The translations under genes and the position numbers were made by a program. 64,000 bases of DNA from TPA_inf: Saccharomyces (Eukaryota), in the NCBI GenBank assembly GCA_000146045.2, contig BK006949.2:832001-896000 (forward strand). Reading direction: 5' to 3'. Shown here one piece after another: positions 46,690 to 56,973 of this stretch. The first letter of the stretch is position 1. The number at the start of each line of letters is the position of its first letter. The notes below the pieces were generated by a model, which was given only the letters and a program-made list of their open reading frames with translations, made no database searches and was not told the origin of the DNA.

Positions 46690-48168
46690 ATGGCAAAGAG
46701 CAAAAAAAAAACAGATGTTGTCGATTCAACAAACCTGCCCATTCTAGAATTACTATCATTAAAAGCTCCCATTTTCCAGTCTCTTTTACATCCTGAACTG
46801 CCCATTATAATAACTGGCTTTGGTACAGGACATATTGTGTGCCATCGTTATGACCCCGCTAAGTTGCAATCGCACCTAGATCGTAGACGTAGAATTGACA
46901 CTGCAACTACAGGCAAGGATGCAAAGAAAGGTGTATGCCCTTGGATTAGATTAGATATAGACCTAGAAACTGGAGATTTGAAATTTGTTGATATTGAAGA
47001 ACAACAGCAACAAAAGCAAACAGGAAAAGATGAAGACTTGGGCGTAAAAACACTTTGGAAGACTAAAAGACATAAAGGTAGTGTCCGTGCCATGTGCTTT
47101 GATTCTAAAGGTGACAATATTTTTTCTGTTGGATCGGATAATGTTTTAAAAAAGGCCAATACTATGACCGGCAAAGTCGTCAAAAAGGTAAACTTAAGCT
47201 CACTGTTTAATTCTGAAGAGAAAAAAAATGATAAATTTACGAAATTATGCGCCTCTCAAACTCACCCATTCATTTTAATAGGCGATGAATCCGGTAATAT
47301 ACACGTAATAAACTCGGAAAACTTGGCATTATCAAATTCCATTCGTTCGATACATTTTGGCGACTCTATCAACGATATTTTCCACTTTGATAAAAGATCT
47401 GCATATAAATTCATTTCTTTGGGCCAGACAACGTTAGCTTATTTTGACGTTCGCGACAAAGATGCCAAACCGAACGTAGCTGGAAACGAGGATGGTAAAA
47501 TTTTGATCAGCGATGATCAGGAGGACGAAGTTCTTTGTGGTTGTTTCGTCGATCCCGAAGTAGCAGATACCCTTTTGTGTGGGATGGGCGAGGGTATTGT
47601 TACCGTCTGGAAACCGAATAAGAATGATTTGGAAGATCAAATGAGCCGTATTAAAATTAGCAAAGATGAAAGTATCGATTGCATTGTTCCTACTTTACAA
47701 GATGATAACTGTGTATGGTGTGGTTGTTCCAATGGTAACATTTATAAAGTAAATGCCAAATTGGGAAAAGTCGTCGAGATAAGAAACCACAGTGAATTGG
47801 ATGAAGTCAGTTTTGTTGATCTAGATTTTGAATACCGTGTTGTTTCTGGTGGTTTGGAAAACATCAAGATATGGGAATTATCGAGTGATGATGTAGAGGA
47901 AAATGCATCGGTAGAGTCCGATAGCGACGAACCCCTCTCCCACTCTGATGAGGATCTAAGTGATGACACTAGTTCTGATGATGAAACGACGCTTGTCGGG
48001 CTCTCAAAGGAAGAGCTATTAGACGAATTAGATAAGGACCTCAAGGAAGATCATCAAGAGGAAAAAGAATCCAACTCAAAATCTGTCAAAAAAAGAAAAA
48101 TAATGAAGGAGAACAACAAAAAAAAGGACCTGTATGAGCATGGGATCAAGAAGTTTGATGATTTATAG
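46690..48168 (+). CDS. JIP5: WD40-repeat nucleolar protein, 492 aa, with an acidic/Ser-rich C-terminus
   Basis: The track ORF opens at 46624 (514 aa). Met23 at 46690 gives the 492 aa length I recall for JIP5. Which start is used cannot be decided from sequence alone. Confidence 0.65.
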   Translation: MAKSKKKTDVVDSTNLPILELLSLKAPIFQSLLHPELPIIITGFGTGHIVCHRYDPAKLQSHLDRRRRIDTATTGKDAKKGVCPWIRLDIDLETGDLKFVDIEEQQQQKQTGKDEDLGVKTLWKTKRHKGSVRAMCFDSKGDNIFSVGSDNVLKKANTMTGKVVKKVNLSSLFNSEEKKNDKFTKLCASQTHPFILIGDESGNIHVINSENLALSNSIRSIHFGDSINDIFHFDKRSAYKFISLGQTTLAYFDVRDKDAKPNVAGNEDGKILISDDQEDEVLCGCFVDPEVADTLLCGMGEGIVTVWKPNKNDLEDQMSRIKISKDESIDCIVPTLQDDNCVWCGCSNGNIYKVNAKLGKVVEIRNHSELDEVSFVDLDFEYRVVSGGLENIKIWELSSDDVEENASVESDSDEPLSHSDEDLSDDTSSDDETTLVGLSKEELLDELDKDLKEDHQEEKESNSKSVKKRKIMKENNKKKDLYEHGIKKFDDL

Positions 48169-48295
48169 ATTATTTCTTTTTTACTAAGAAAAACATATAT
48201 CATTTATATTCAGAAATAAATAGGATTATTAACCTAGTGCTCCCAAAAAAAATAAGTTGAACTGTCTCTTTCGAGAAAAAGAAAGAGAAAAGAAA

Positions 48296-48369
48296 TGGTC
48301 TCTAGCGGGATCGAACCGCTGATCCCCGCGTTATTAGCACGGTGCCTTAACCAACTGGGCCAAGAGACC
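48296..48369 (-). tRNA. tI(AAU): tRNA-Ile (anticodon AAU)
   Basis: The reverse complement GGTCTCTTGGCCCAGTTGGTTAAGGCACCGTGCTAATAACGCGGGGATCAGCGGTTCGATCCCGCTAGAGACCA carries an AAT anticodon loop. The terminator lies on the low-coordinate side. Confidence 0.9.
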
Positions 48370-48386
48370 ATTATATTGTTAAAGAT

Positions 48387-48726
48387 GTTGTATCTCAAAA
48401 TGGGATACGTCAGTATGACAATACTTCATCCTAAACGTTCATAAAACACATATGAAACAACTTTATAACAAAACGAACAACATGAGGTAAAACCCGGCCT
48501 CCCCTAGCTGAACAACTCAAACGTATAAATGCCTGAACAATTAGTTTAGATCCGAGTTTCCGCGCTTCCACCATTTAGTATGATTCATATTTTATATAAT
48601 ATATAGGATAAGTAACATCCCGTGAATCAAGCTGATAAACAGTTTTGACAACTGGTTACTTCCCTAAGACTGTTTATATTAGGATTGTCAAGACACTCCG
48701 GTATTACTCGAGCCCGTAATACAACA
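48387..48726 (+). repeat. Ty3 sigma solo LTR, 17 bp from the 5' end of tI(AAU)
   Basis: TGTTGTATCTCAAAATGGGATACGTCAGTATGAC...CGAGCCCGTAATACAACA runs about 340 bp and is roughly 93 percent identical (by eye) to the sigma at 24555-24885. Confidence 0.85.
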
Positions 48727-51238
48727 GTGAGCTATTAAAAGAGCTTAAGTATTACAGAGTAATATCAATCATCAATCTTGGATCTAAAGTAATCGTCGAG
48801 ACATTTATACACTTAAGTGATTCCTCTTTACAAGCGGAGCTTACTCTATATATTCATTCTTGTCAGTTTCATAACAGTTGTTTCATACGATTTCCACATG
48901 TGTCTCATATATATTTTATGTTTAGGTTAATAACTTTGGTAATGCTAAATTATCTTAATTTGACGTACACAAATTCTTCCTACTGTTATATATGTTCGAA
49001 TTATCTTTTAAATTGTTGCTAAAAAAGTTAGAGTTATCACCAAATCAGTTGAGCAGATCACCATTATTCTTATGTAAATACTTGTTAAAAGAAGTAGCTT
49101 TCGCAAATACACCAATGCATTCGTTGATAATTTACGCAGTAACCTCTTACAGAACGCCTACATACAACTTAAACTCGTAATGTTCAGGCTTATAATGTCA
49201 GTATGCATTGTTACGCTTAGTATAGTTATTAAACTACGGACCAAATTATACTTTAAGCAGTAGTTAAAGAAAGAGATTAAATAAAGAATGATTTACAATC
49301 TAGTCGCAAAAACAAGTACAGTGCTGACGTCCCATCTTTTAATGCCTACTCTTTTGATGTTCACTTACATGTTACAATGAAGCCAAATCACAAACATTCA
49401 AATATATTCCATGGCCTCTTAGTTTGGCAACCCAAGACTCGGCATACCATATTGGTAACGCTGTATTGGAGAGATATATTCTAAAATATTGATAATTAAT
49501 GGCAAAAAGGCAGTATTAATGAAGGTTGAATATGGATCTTAATATAATCGTATAAGAGGGGCATAAAATATACGCCGATTGGTTCAACATTAATTATGAT
49601 CAATATAACAATGCGTCTGGTAATTACCATAACACTTAATGTAGCAACTCGTATAACAAACGTATCATGCTCAATTAATATAACCTTATCTCTGCTTCAG
49701 CACTGTCTGAGCTACTCTTTTAACGTTTCCTTTTGCAATAGGTACCTTCACACTAAAACATATACAATGGGTGCATTTAAATTGTTACCATAGCAACTCA
49801 TATTACGATTCATTACCACTCATTTCAACACAACAACCTCTTGCTATCAAACTTACTTTTGCTTTTATTGCAGATATCTCGTTATTTCTGCAAAAACAGC
49901 ATTCATTGGTAATGACAAGGTCAATTTTGGCTTTTATACATTTCACATGTACAGGATAGTGGAACACATTCCAAGGAGGTGAAGAACGTCCCCTTTGATA
50001 CTTCCATACAAGGACGATTAAAAATACATAAGAGAACAGATCTGCAAAAATGCGTTTTACTTCCTTTACAATCTCAATGCCGATAAATAAGCGCAATGAA
50101 GATTACTCAGCAACTGTATGTTGGCTCATGCGAAATATGAATGTTTCATTCGAGATTACTTATCTTGTTTAACGCTTGAACAGCGTACTGTAACTTCTTG
50201 CTACAGAATGATGGACCCCATTATAATACTACCGCCTTGCGAATGCGCAATTTATTATGATCATGAACCCTGAGAAATCAAATGAATATTTAAAGTGTAT
50301 GCAAAATGGACAAGAACATTATGGTAACATTGTCTACGACAGAATTTATTTTCTGACTTTAATAGTGACGGTTATACGAAATTAATGATTCTTCGAGAGG
50401 CAACTCACTTTACTGCAAATGGACCTGCAGAGTTTGCATCTAGAGGACAATATGCTGCACAAAAACGACCAATATTTACCTTCAACGAAAACAACCTTAA
50501 GAAACCCCTTCAACAACAACGCAGCTATCGTATCGTAGTGGTCTCCATAATGCGTGCACCTCCTTTAGCACTTATCGAGTAATAACATACGCTAGATAAG
50601 TAAAGTGTCCAGGATATTATAATTATATGATATTTCGGGAATGGTTTCTATATCTAGTTTTTTAACTTAGCCTAGACATTCGCCTCGTATTATAAAATAC
50701 ATGAAAGTGACTTGACTGCTTCATGAGAGTTATACTAAGAGCATTCATAACTAGAAGACACATTTTAGTTTTTATTACTGAGTAAGGGTTTAGTTTGTAC
50801 ATACAAGGCAACATGAAATTCAAGGTGCTGATGTTCAGTAAAGCCGCCTAGCTTTACGTGCCGAAATATTGATAATATGTCTCAGCCACTTCCTGGCTTA
50901 ACTATTTAAATGATATTTCTGCATCCATCGGTATGGCGCACAATAAACGGTATCTGAGAATATCGAAAAGAACACCACAATACTACTGAGTGCAAACACA
51001 GAAGAGCGTAGGTGATTCAACTAATTGAGTTAGAAACTGCATCAACGCTGCATAATAAAGATGCTGCTGTTCAGGATCATTTTTTTTAAAGACTGAAAAA
51101 AATTGCTTATCGCTTTGCACGCGACTCTTTTTTCTATTATTTGAAAAATAGCTTAAGGGAAAAGAAAAGAATAGGTAGCTTTCAAAGCAAGAACCTCTAC
51201 GATAAAGGACAAAGCTAGAAGCAAACACCGCAAAAAAA

Positions 51239-51595
51239 ATGAGACCCGTTGTATCCACTGGTAAGGCATGGTGTTGTACCGTCCTATCGGCATTTGGTGT
51301 AGTAATTCTTTCCGTCATTGCTCATCTCTTCAACACAAACCATGAATCCTTTGTAGGATCAATAAACGATCCTGAAGATGGACCTGCGTATGTTATATTT
51401 TCTTATTTATTTCGCCGTTACCCATTTACCATCTCTTATATCTCTCCTCCTTACTAACAATTATATTTTAACCCTATTGTTTATAGTGTTGCACATACTG
51501 TTTATTTGGCTGCCTTGGTATACCTCGTGTTTTTCGTATTCTGTGGGTTCCAAGTTTACCTAGCCAGAAGAAAACCTTCGATCGAGTTGCGTTAG
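51239..51595 (+). CDS. YPR170W-B: Small two-TM membrane protein, spliced as join(51239..51387,51487..51595), 85 aa; intron GTATGT (51388) ... TACTAAC (51452-51458) ... TAG|
   Basis: The track shows two abutting ORFs in different frames (51239-51457 and 51378-51563). Consensus 5' splice-site, branchpoint and AG acceptor signals join them into an 85 aa product: MRPVVSTGKAW...DGPA|VAHTVYLAALVYLVFFVFCGFQVYLARRKPSIELR. Confidence 0.6.
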
Positions 51596-51827
51596 TCTTG
51601 AAGCCAATAGGATAATACCAAATGCATTAATATCGTCCAACTGTTCTATATACTTATCGTAACCTCGTTCCATGTGACATTCTTTTTTATTACACTTTTC
51701 GACAATAGCGAATTGAGTGAAATATTATGAAAGAATATATAGTATAAATATATACATTTATATATGAATTCTAATCAATAAAAGTCACAGTAACCAGCTT
51801 TTCCTAGCTTTTCGAAGTTTCGGAAGT

Positions 51828-53558
51828 ATGACAAAATATGAGCGTGACCCTGAATTGGTGAACTTTCTATCGAAAGTGGAGGATTTGAACTCTAAGAGAT
51901 ACAGTAATATTCCTAGTTCAAAACCAGCGGGGGAAGCGCTTTCACCAGTTAGAAGTCACAACTCTGGGGAATACAGAAGGGCTGATATGATGACAGGGAA
52001 AAATGTGGAAGGTTGCGACAATTTGGCCTACCGATCTGCGTACAATTATGAAATGACGTTTTCTCCAAAGAAGACTCATTACTCATTAAGTGAGCTGAAT
52101 CTCGAACGAATAACGCCAAGGCCGGATTTGGAGGGAAGTGCCTCTCAAAAAGAAAAAAAATTTTTAATTTCTGAAGAAGATTATTTATTATTGCAGAAAT
52201 TGAAAGCCTCTCAAACATATAATGATTCCAATGCTGACAAAAATTTGCCTTCCTTTGAAAAAGGTCCTCGTATGCCCAGTCGGGGTCGACCCAGACCGAG
52301 AGAGAAGGAAATAATCACCATCCAATATGATTTTGAATTACCAGGAAGAGCCGATATACCCTCCTCCTCCTCTTCTTCATCACCACCGCCTTTGCCCACA
52401 AGGCGTGATCATATCAAAATCACAGATGGGAATGAAGAGAAACCGCTTCTTCCAACAAGGCCTAACAAAGCAGAAGTTACAGAAAGTCCGTCATCAAGGT
52501 CAATAAAACCGGATGCTGTGGTACCTGAGCGCGTTAAGCCTGCTCCACCTGTCTCACGCTCTACAAAACCGGCGAGCTTTTTAAGTTCTTTGGAAGATAA
52601 CAAATTGACAAAGGCGAAGAGTTATAATTCGGAAATGGAAACTCCCAAAACAACTGTAAAAAGTTCTCATATCGATTACTTGGATTCCATACAACTAAAA
52701 CCAACCACCTTATCTCCTACAATGAAAAATAAACCTAAACCAACCCCTCCTTCTCCACCTGCGAAAAGAATTCCAAGATCTGAAAGTTTTATCAAGTCTA
52801 TGCTAAACTCGAATCTCACGACAACTTCCAAGCCTTCTTTGCCTGAAAAACCTCAAAAGCTACGGAATGCAAATTTGGCCGCCCATAAGACCAAACCAAG
52901 CATACCGCCAAAGAAAGTGGAGTTGAATATAGTATTACCTGAGCTACGTCCCGTAGAAACTTCTCCAACAAAGCAGAACTTCGAAAACTCAATCGATTTG
53001 CCCAAGTTACGATCCAGCAACCGTAACATTAAAAAAGAAGAGGAGGACAGTATTCCAGAAGCAATAAAAGGTATACAAAATCTGAAGAAAACCAAACAGC
53101 AGAAGCCTGCAATCCCTCAGAAAAAATCATTTCTAACAAATAATTCGAAAAATACTACACTCAAAAATGGTGATGATATTAACAAGTTAAATGACGAAAT
53201 TGAAGCTCTATCATTGCGGAATAACCTGAAGAAACGGCCACCAACGGCGCCACAACGTAAAATTTCTTTGCCAGAGGCATTGCGAAAAGTCGAATTGATG
53301 AAAAAATCTAAAACCGAGCCTGTTTTAGAGTCCTCAAACGAACTGAGCATAAACGCAAAATTAGACGCAATAATTGCCTCTAGAAACTTAAGAGCATCTA
53401 ATACTCTACCAGAACTTAGCGGTGTTAACACTAATATTGCAACTTCTGACAAGTATACTACTTCTAGAGATGAAACAGTGAAGGAAACTAAACCATTAGT
53501 TCACCCGAATAAAAATAGGACTCGTGGTCCCAGAAGAAAACTTCCAACACGCGTGTAA
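51828..53558 (+). CDS. BSP1: Pro/Ser/Lys-rich cortical actin-patch adaptor that binds inositol 5-phosphatases, 576 aa
   Basis: Low-complexity P/S/K-rich 576 aa ORF. Length and position match BSP1. Confidence 0.75.
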   Translation: MTKYERDPELVNFLSKVEDLNSKRYSNIPSSKPAGEALSPVRSHNSGEYRRADMMTGKNVEGCDNLAYRSAYNYEMTFSPKKTHYSLSELNLERITPRPDLEGSASQKEKKFLISEEDYLLLQKLKASQTYNDSNADKNLPSFEKGPRMPSRGRPRPREKEIITIQYDFELPGRADIPSSSSSSSPPPLPTRRDHIKITDGNEEKPLLPTRPNKAEVTESPSSRSIKPDAVVPERVKPAPPVSRSTKPASFLSSLEDNKLTKAKSYNSEMETPKTTVKSSHIDYLDSIQLKPTTLSPTMKNKPKPTPPSPPAKRIPRSESFIKSMLNSNLTTTSKPSLPEKPQKLRNANLAAHKTKPSIPPKKVELNIVLPELRPVETSPTKQNFENSIDLPKLRSSNRNIKKEEEDSIPEAIKGIQNLKKTKQQKPAIPQKKSFLTNNSKNTTLKNGDDINKLNDEIEALSLRNNLKKRPPTAPQRKISLPEALRKVELMKKSKTEPVLESSNELSINAKLDAIIASRNLRASNTLPELSGVNTNIATSDKYTTSRDETVKETKPLVHPNKNRTRGPRRKLPTRV

Positions 53559-53795
53559 CTACAGAGTAGACCTCCGTATTTTACACATGTATGTACGTAC
53601 ATATGATGTAACAATAATATGATAATTTAATGGGATACATGTATTATCGTCACTTCCCACGTTTGCGCTTTGACATTTGCTCCCCTTATGAACCTGAAGG
53701 AATATAAATCATCGATCTTTTTGCTACACTTTTCCTCCCTTATTAGAAAATAGCAGTAAAATTACAGGCTATTCAAACCCTGAAACATCTCAATT

Positions 53796-54398
53796 ATGGC
53801 TTGGACTAGTACATTACCAGCGCATCTACTGAACCTGATCAAAAACTCCAAATATGTTCACGTGGCCACCTGTTCTAAAGACTGCATCCCTTCAGTGGCA
53901 TTGATGAACTATATCTATGTGCCAGGTGAAAAACTGTTCGGTCAAACAGATAATAAGAATGACTACATTATATTTGTTTCTCCTCAGGACACACAAAAGT
54001 TTTACAACATCAAGGAGAACCCTAAGGTCGCCCTGTTGTTTCACGATTGGATCATCGCGAATAATTTGTCAGTGGGCAAGGAAAGCATCTCTGGGACTCC
54101 GACGCCGACTTCTATTCCTCATGAAGAGCAACGTCAAAGCGAGCTTTTAAATTTGTTACAGGAGTTAAATCAAGCCGAATTGAACCAAATGAGCGCATCT
54201 ATTGGTGGCGAAACCGAAATTGTCAATCCTGAAAGTGAAGAATCCAAGTACTATAAAGATTTAATACTAAAGGCTAATCCTGATGCGAAAGCTTTTATAT
54301 TTGAAAAGAACACCGCCGTTGTTAAAGTTAGAATTGATAATGCTAGGGTATCCAATAATGAGAACAGAACAATGTTTCTAAGTAAAGGGAAGAGTTAA
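53796..54398 (+). CDS. YPR172W: Pyridoxamine-5'-phosphate-oxidase-like (FMN-binding split-barrel) protein, 200 aa
   Basis: 200 aa ORF; the N-terminal half resembles the PNPOx-like fold. Confidence 0.7.
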   Translation: MAWTSTLPAHLLNLIKNSKYVHVATCSKDCIPSVALMNYIYVPGEKLFGQTDNKNDYIIFVSPQDTQKFYNIKENPKVALLFHDWIIANNLSVGKESISGTPTPTSIPHEEQRQSELLNLLQELNQAELNQMSASIGGETEIVNPESEESKYYKDLILKANPDAKAFIFEKNTAVVKVRIDNARVSNNENRTMFLSKGKS

Positions 54399-54523
54399 CT
54401 GTCCTCTGCTTTTCTTTATCTATTTTGCATACGATTCTGTATTTAATTATTCTGTTTTTTTTTTTTTTTTATTTTTTATTTTCATGTACACAAGAAATCT
54501 ACATTAGCACGTTAATCAATTGA

Positions 54524-55837
54524 CTAGTTACCTTCTTGACCAAAATCTCTAGTGAACTGTTCTTGCTTCAGCAAGTCATCCTCATTCACGGTAGGTCTCG
54601 TCGATTTGATAGCCTTTAAGAAATCCTTTATGGTGAGATCTGGTTCTTTTAATTCATCAGCTTCAATATCCGTCCAACTCATCTCGATGGCGCCATCATC
54701 ACCTGGAGAGCATGGTGTTAGTTTTCTTGTTTCGTCGTCCTCCGTAGAGACATCTTTGAAATGTGTCGCGCTTTGAATTTTTCTTATCGGTTGCATTAGC
54801 GCATCTTTCACCACTACAGCAATATCACTCCCGGAATAACCTTCAGTCATTGCACCTAAAGTTCTATAATCTTCCTTGGTCAATACGCATGGAGTGTCGC
54901 CGACGTTAATCTCGAACATGGTGGTTCTTGCCGCCAAATCTGGTAATGGTATATATATTCTTCTTTCAAATCTTCTCCTGATGGCACTGTCCAGTTGCCA
55001 TGGGATATTTGTTGCGCCAAGGACCAAAACACCTTGGGAGTCATTCCCAACACCATTCATTTGTACCAATAATTCTGTTTTAATTCTTCTACTTGCTTCG
55101 CTCTCTCCTTCTCCTCTGGTACCTGTTAGCGCATCCACTTCATCTATAAAAATAATAGAAGGTTTATTTTCTCTTGCCATCGCAAATAACTGTTTGACAA
55201 GTTTTTCAGATTCACCCATCCACTTAGAAACCAAATCACTGGAACTAACACTGAAAAAGGTAGAATTGGCCTCGGTGGCCACTGCTTTTGCCAAATATGA
55301 TTTACCTGTACCTGGTGGTCCGTACAATAAGATTCCCGAAGTGGGCTTACGGTTACCTTTGAACAAATGTGGGAACTTGACAGGTAAAATAACGGCTTCT
55401 TTAAGGGCCTCTTTGGCTCCTTCCAGTCCAGCCACGTCTTCCCACTTAACATTGGGCTTCTCAGACAAAATAGCACTCGATAAGGCACCTCTTAGCTTTT
55501 TGTTGTCTTCTCCACCATTATCCTCACCCTCTTCCTGAGAGATTTTCTTATTACCACCGTTGGAACCACTACCAGCGCTAGGAGATTTCTTTGCCGCGTT
55601 TGCCTCTTCACTTTCCAAGTGCTTTTTCAACTGCTCTGCACGGTTTAGATACTCTGTAAACTTCGCTCTTATCAAATCCTTCGACTTAGGGTTTTTCTCG
55701 TATTTCAAAGCCAACATCAAATAATCTAATCCGTTATAGTATGCTGTATACGCCTCCTCATACTGCGTGGCTGTGTCCAGGTCAATGGCCTTTTGAACCA
55801 GTTCTATTCCCTTAGTTAAAAAATCTCCCGTGCTCAT
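54524..55837 (-). CDS. VPS4: AAA-ATPase of the ESCRT-III disassembly machinery (MIT domain plus AAA domain), 437 aa
   Basis: The open frame is 457 aa. Met21 (MSTGDFL...) gives the 437 aa VPS4 length. Walker A GPPGTGKS and Walker [11 protein letters not shown] are present. Confidence 0.9.
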
Positions 55838-56042
55838 TTGTACCCCATCTACTATAGGCACTCTATGCTGCTTTATTTTTGTCTTCCATGTCCTCAACCC
55901 ACGATTAAATCGTTCGATATCATGAAGTTCTTATTTTTTTTTTTTTTTCACCCAGCGGGGGTACCCGTAAAGCAATACAATAAATATCATCAAGCAAGAA
56001 TAAATAGATGTACAGAAAGAACAACCATGACGTGTTGTGTTT

Positions 56043-56708
56043 CTATTCAGCGTGCGGAACCGAATCCTCAGTCGGAGATTCTCTGAGAATGTTCGTTTGA
56101 GGAAGCTTAGGATACTTGGCGTAGAAGTTGGGGCCCTTTGGGGGCTGTAGGGAAGAAACTGGTCGTTGGCGCGACTGGAGTGGCGACATGTGAATCGGAC
56201 TTGAAGTCACTAACGGGTTTACTGCTCTTACTGGCGAAGGTGGTAAATTTTCTGTCGGTTTGAGGTTGTCTCGCTCAATATTTTTCATGTCTCGACGAGA
56301 CTCCAGGTATCTTTGATCGATGTTTGCGTCGTCCAACACCGACTGCAACAGATGACACTTTTCCTTGACAAATTGTAGTTCCTTTTGTGTAGAGTGCAGC
56401 TGCTGCCGCAATTGCGCAAACTTTGCTTGCCATTGTAGAGGCACACAATCCTGAGAATTTTTAGACAATGGGACAACGCTTTCTTCTTCCTCATCTGCGG
56501 GAGACCCCCATACAAACGCTTGGATCTTGGCAAGAGTCTTAGCAATATTGAATCCAAACGCGTGTTGTTGAGCCCTCTTTTTGGAGATATTCTTGTAGTT
56601 TTTAGAACGTGTCCTTTGTGAAGCGTGTCTAACATGATTTCTTTCGCGAGGCACAACCACCAATTTGCGCTCTTTTCGTATCCCCAATGTCTTTTCCTGA
56701 ATTCCCAT
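56043..56708 (-). CDS. YPR174C: Basic nuclear-periphery protein (NBP1 paralog), 221 aa
   Basis: 227 aa open frame; the internal Met7 gives the recalled 221 aa length. The start assignment is uncertain. Confidence 0.6.
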   Translation of the reverse strand: MGIQEKTLGIRKERKLVVVPRERNHVRHASQRTRSKNYKNISKKRAQQHAFGFNIAKTLAKIQAFVWGSPADEEEESVVPLSKNSQDCVPLQWQAKFAQLRQQLHSTQKELQFVKEKCHLLQSVLDDANIDQRYLESRRDMKNIERDNLKPTENLPPSPVRAVNPLVTSSPIHMSPLQSRQRPVSSLQPPKGPNFYAKYPKLPQTNILRESPTEDSVPHAE

Positions 56709-56973
56709 TGTGATCTTCAATGCCAACCCAACCTTCTTTTTACTTTGTTGGGTCTAAATTATGTTACTTTGTCCATTTCATCTCTTTTCAAGATGGAATC
56801 TAAAAGAAGAAAAACGACAAAAGGAACAAAAGTGATGTGACGCGTTATTTTTCGCGTGACATAATAGAAAAATATTTCAACTGGGCATCTTTAACACATG
56901 TTACAATAAAGTTGAGATGACTTGTTTATGCCTTTAAAGTTTGTAAGTGGAACTAGAAGCGTCTATGTGTGAA

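Noticed and set aside
50983-51318. 111 aa minus-strand ORF
   Set aside because: It overlaps exon 1 of the spliced YPR170W-B gene on the opposite strand. It likely corresponds to a dubious-ORF call and has no motif support.
54876-55538. 220 aa plus-strand ORF antisense to VPS4
   Set aside because: Its Ser/Leu/Pro-rich low-complexity translation is the mirror of a highly expressed AAA-ATPase gene, with no independent signals.
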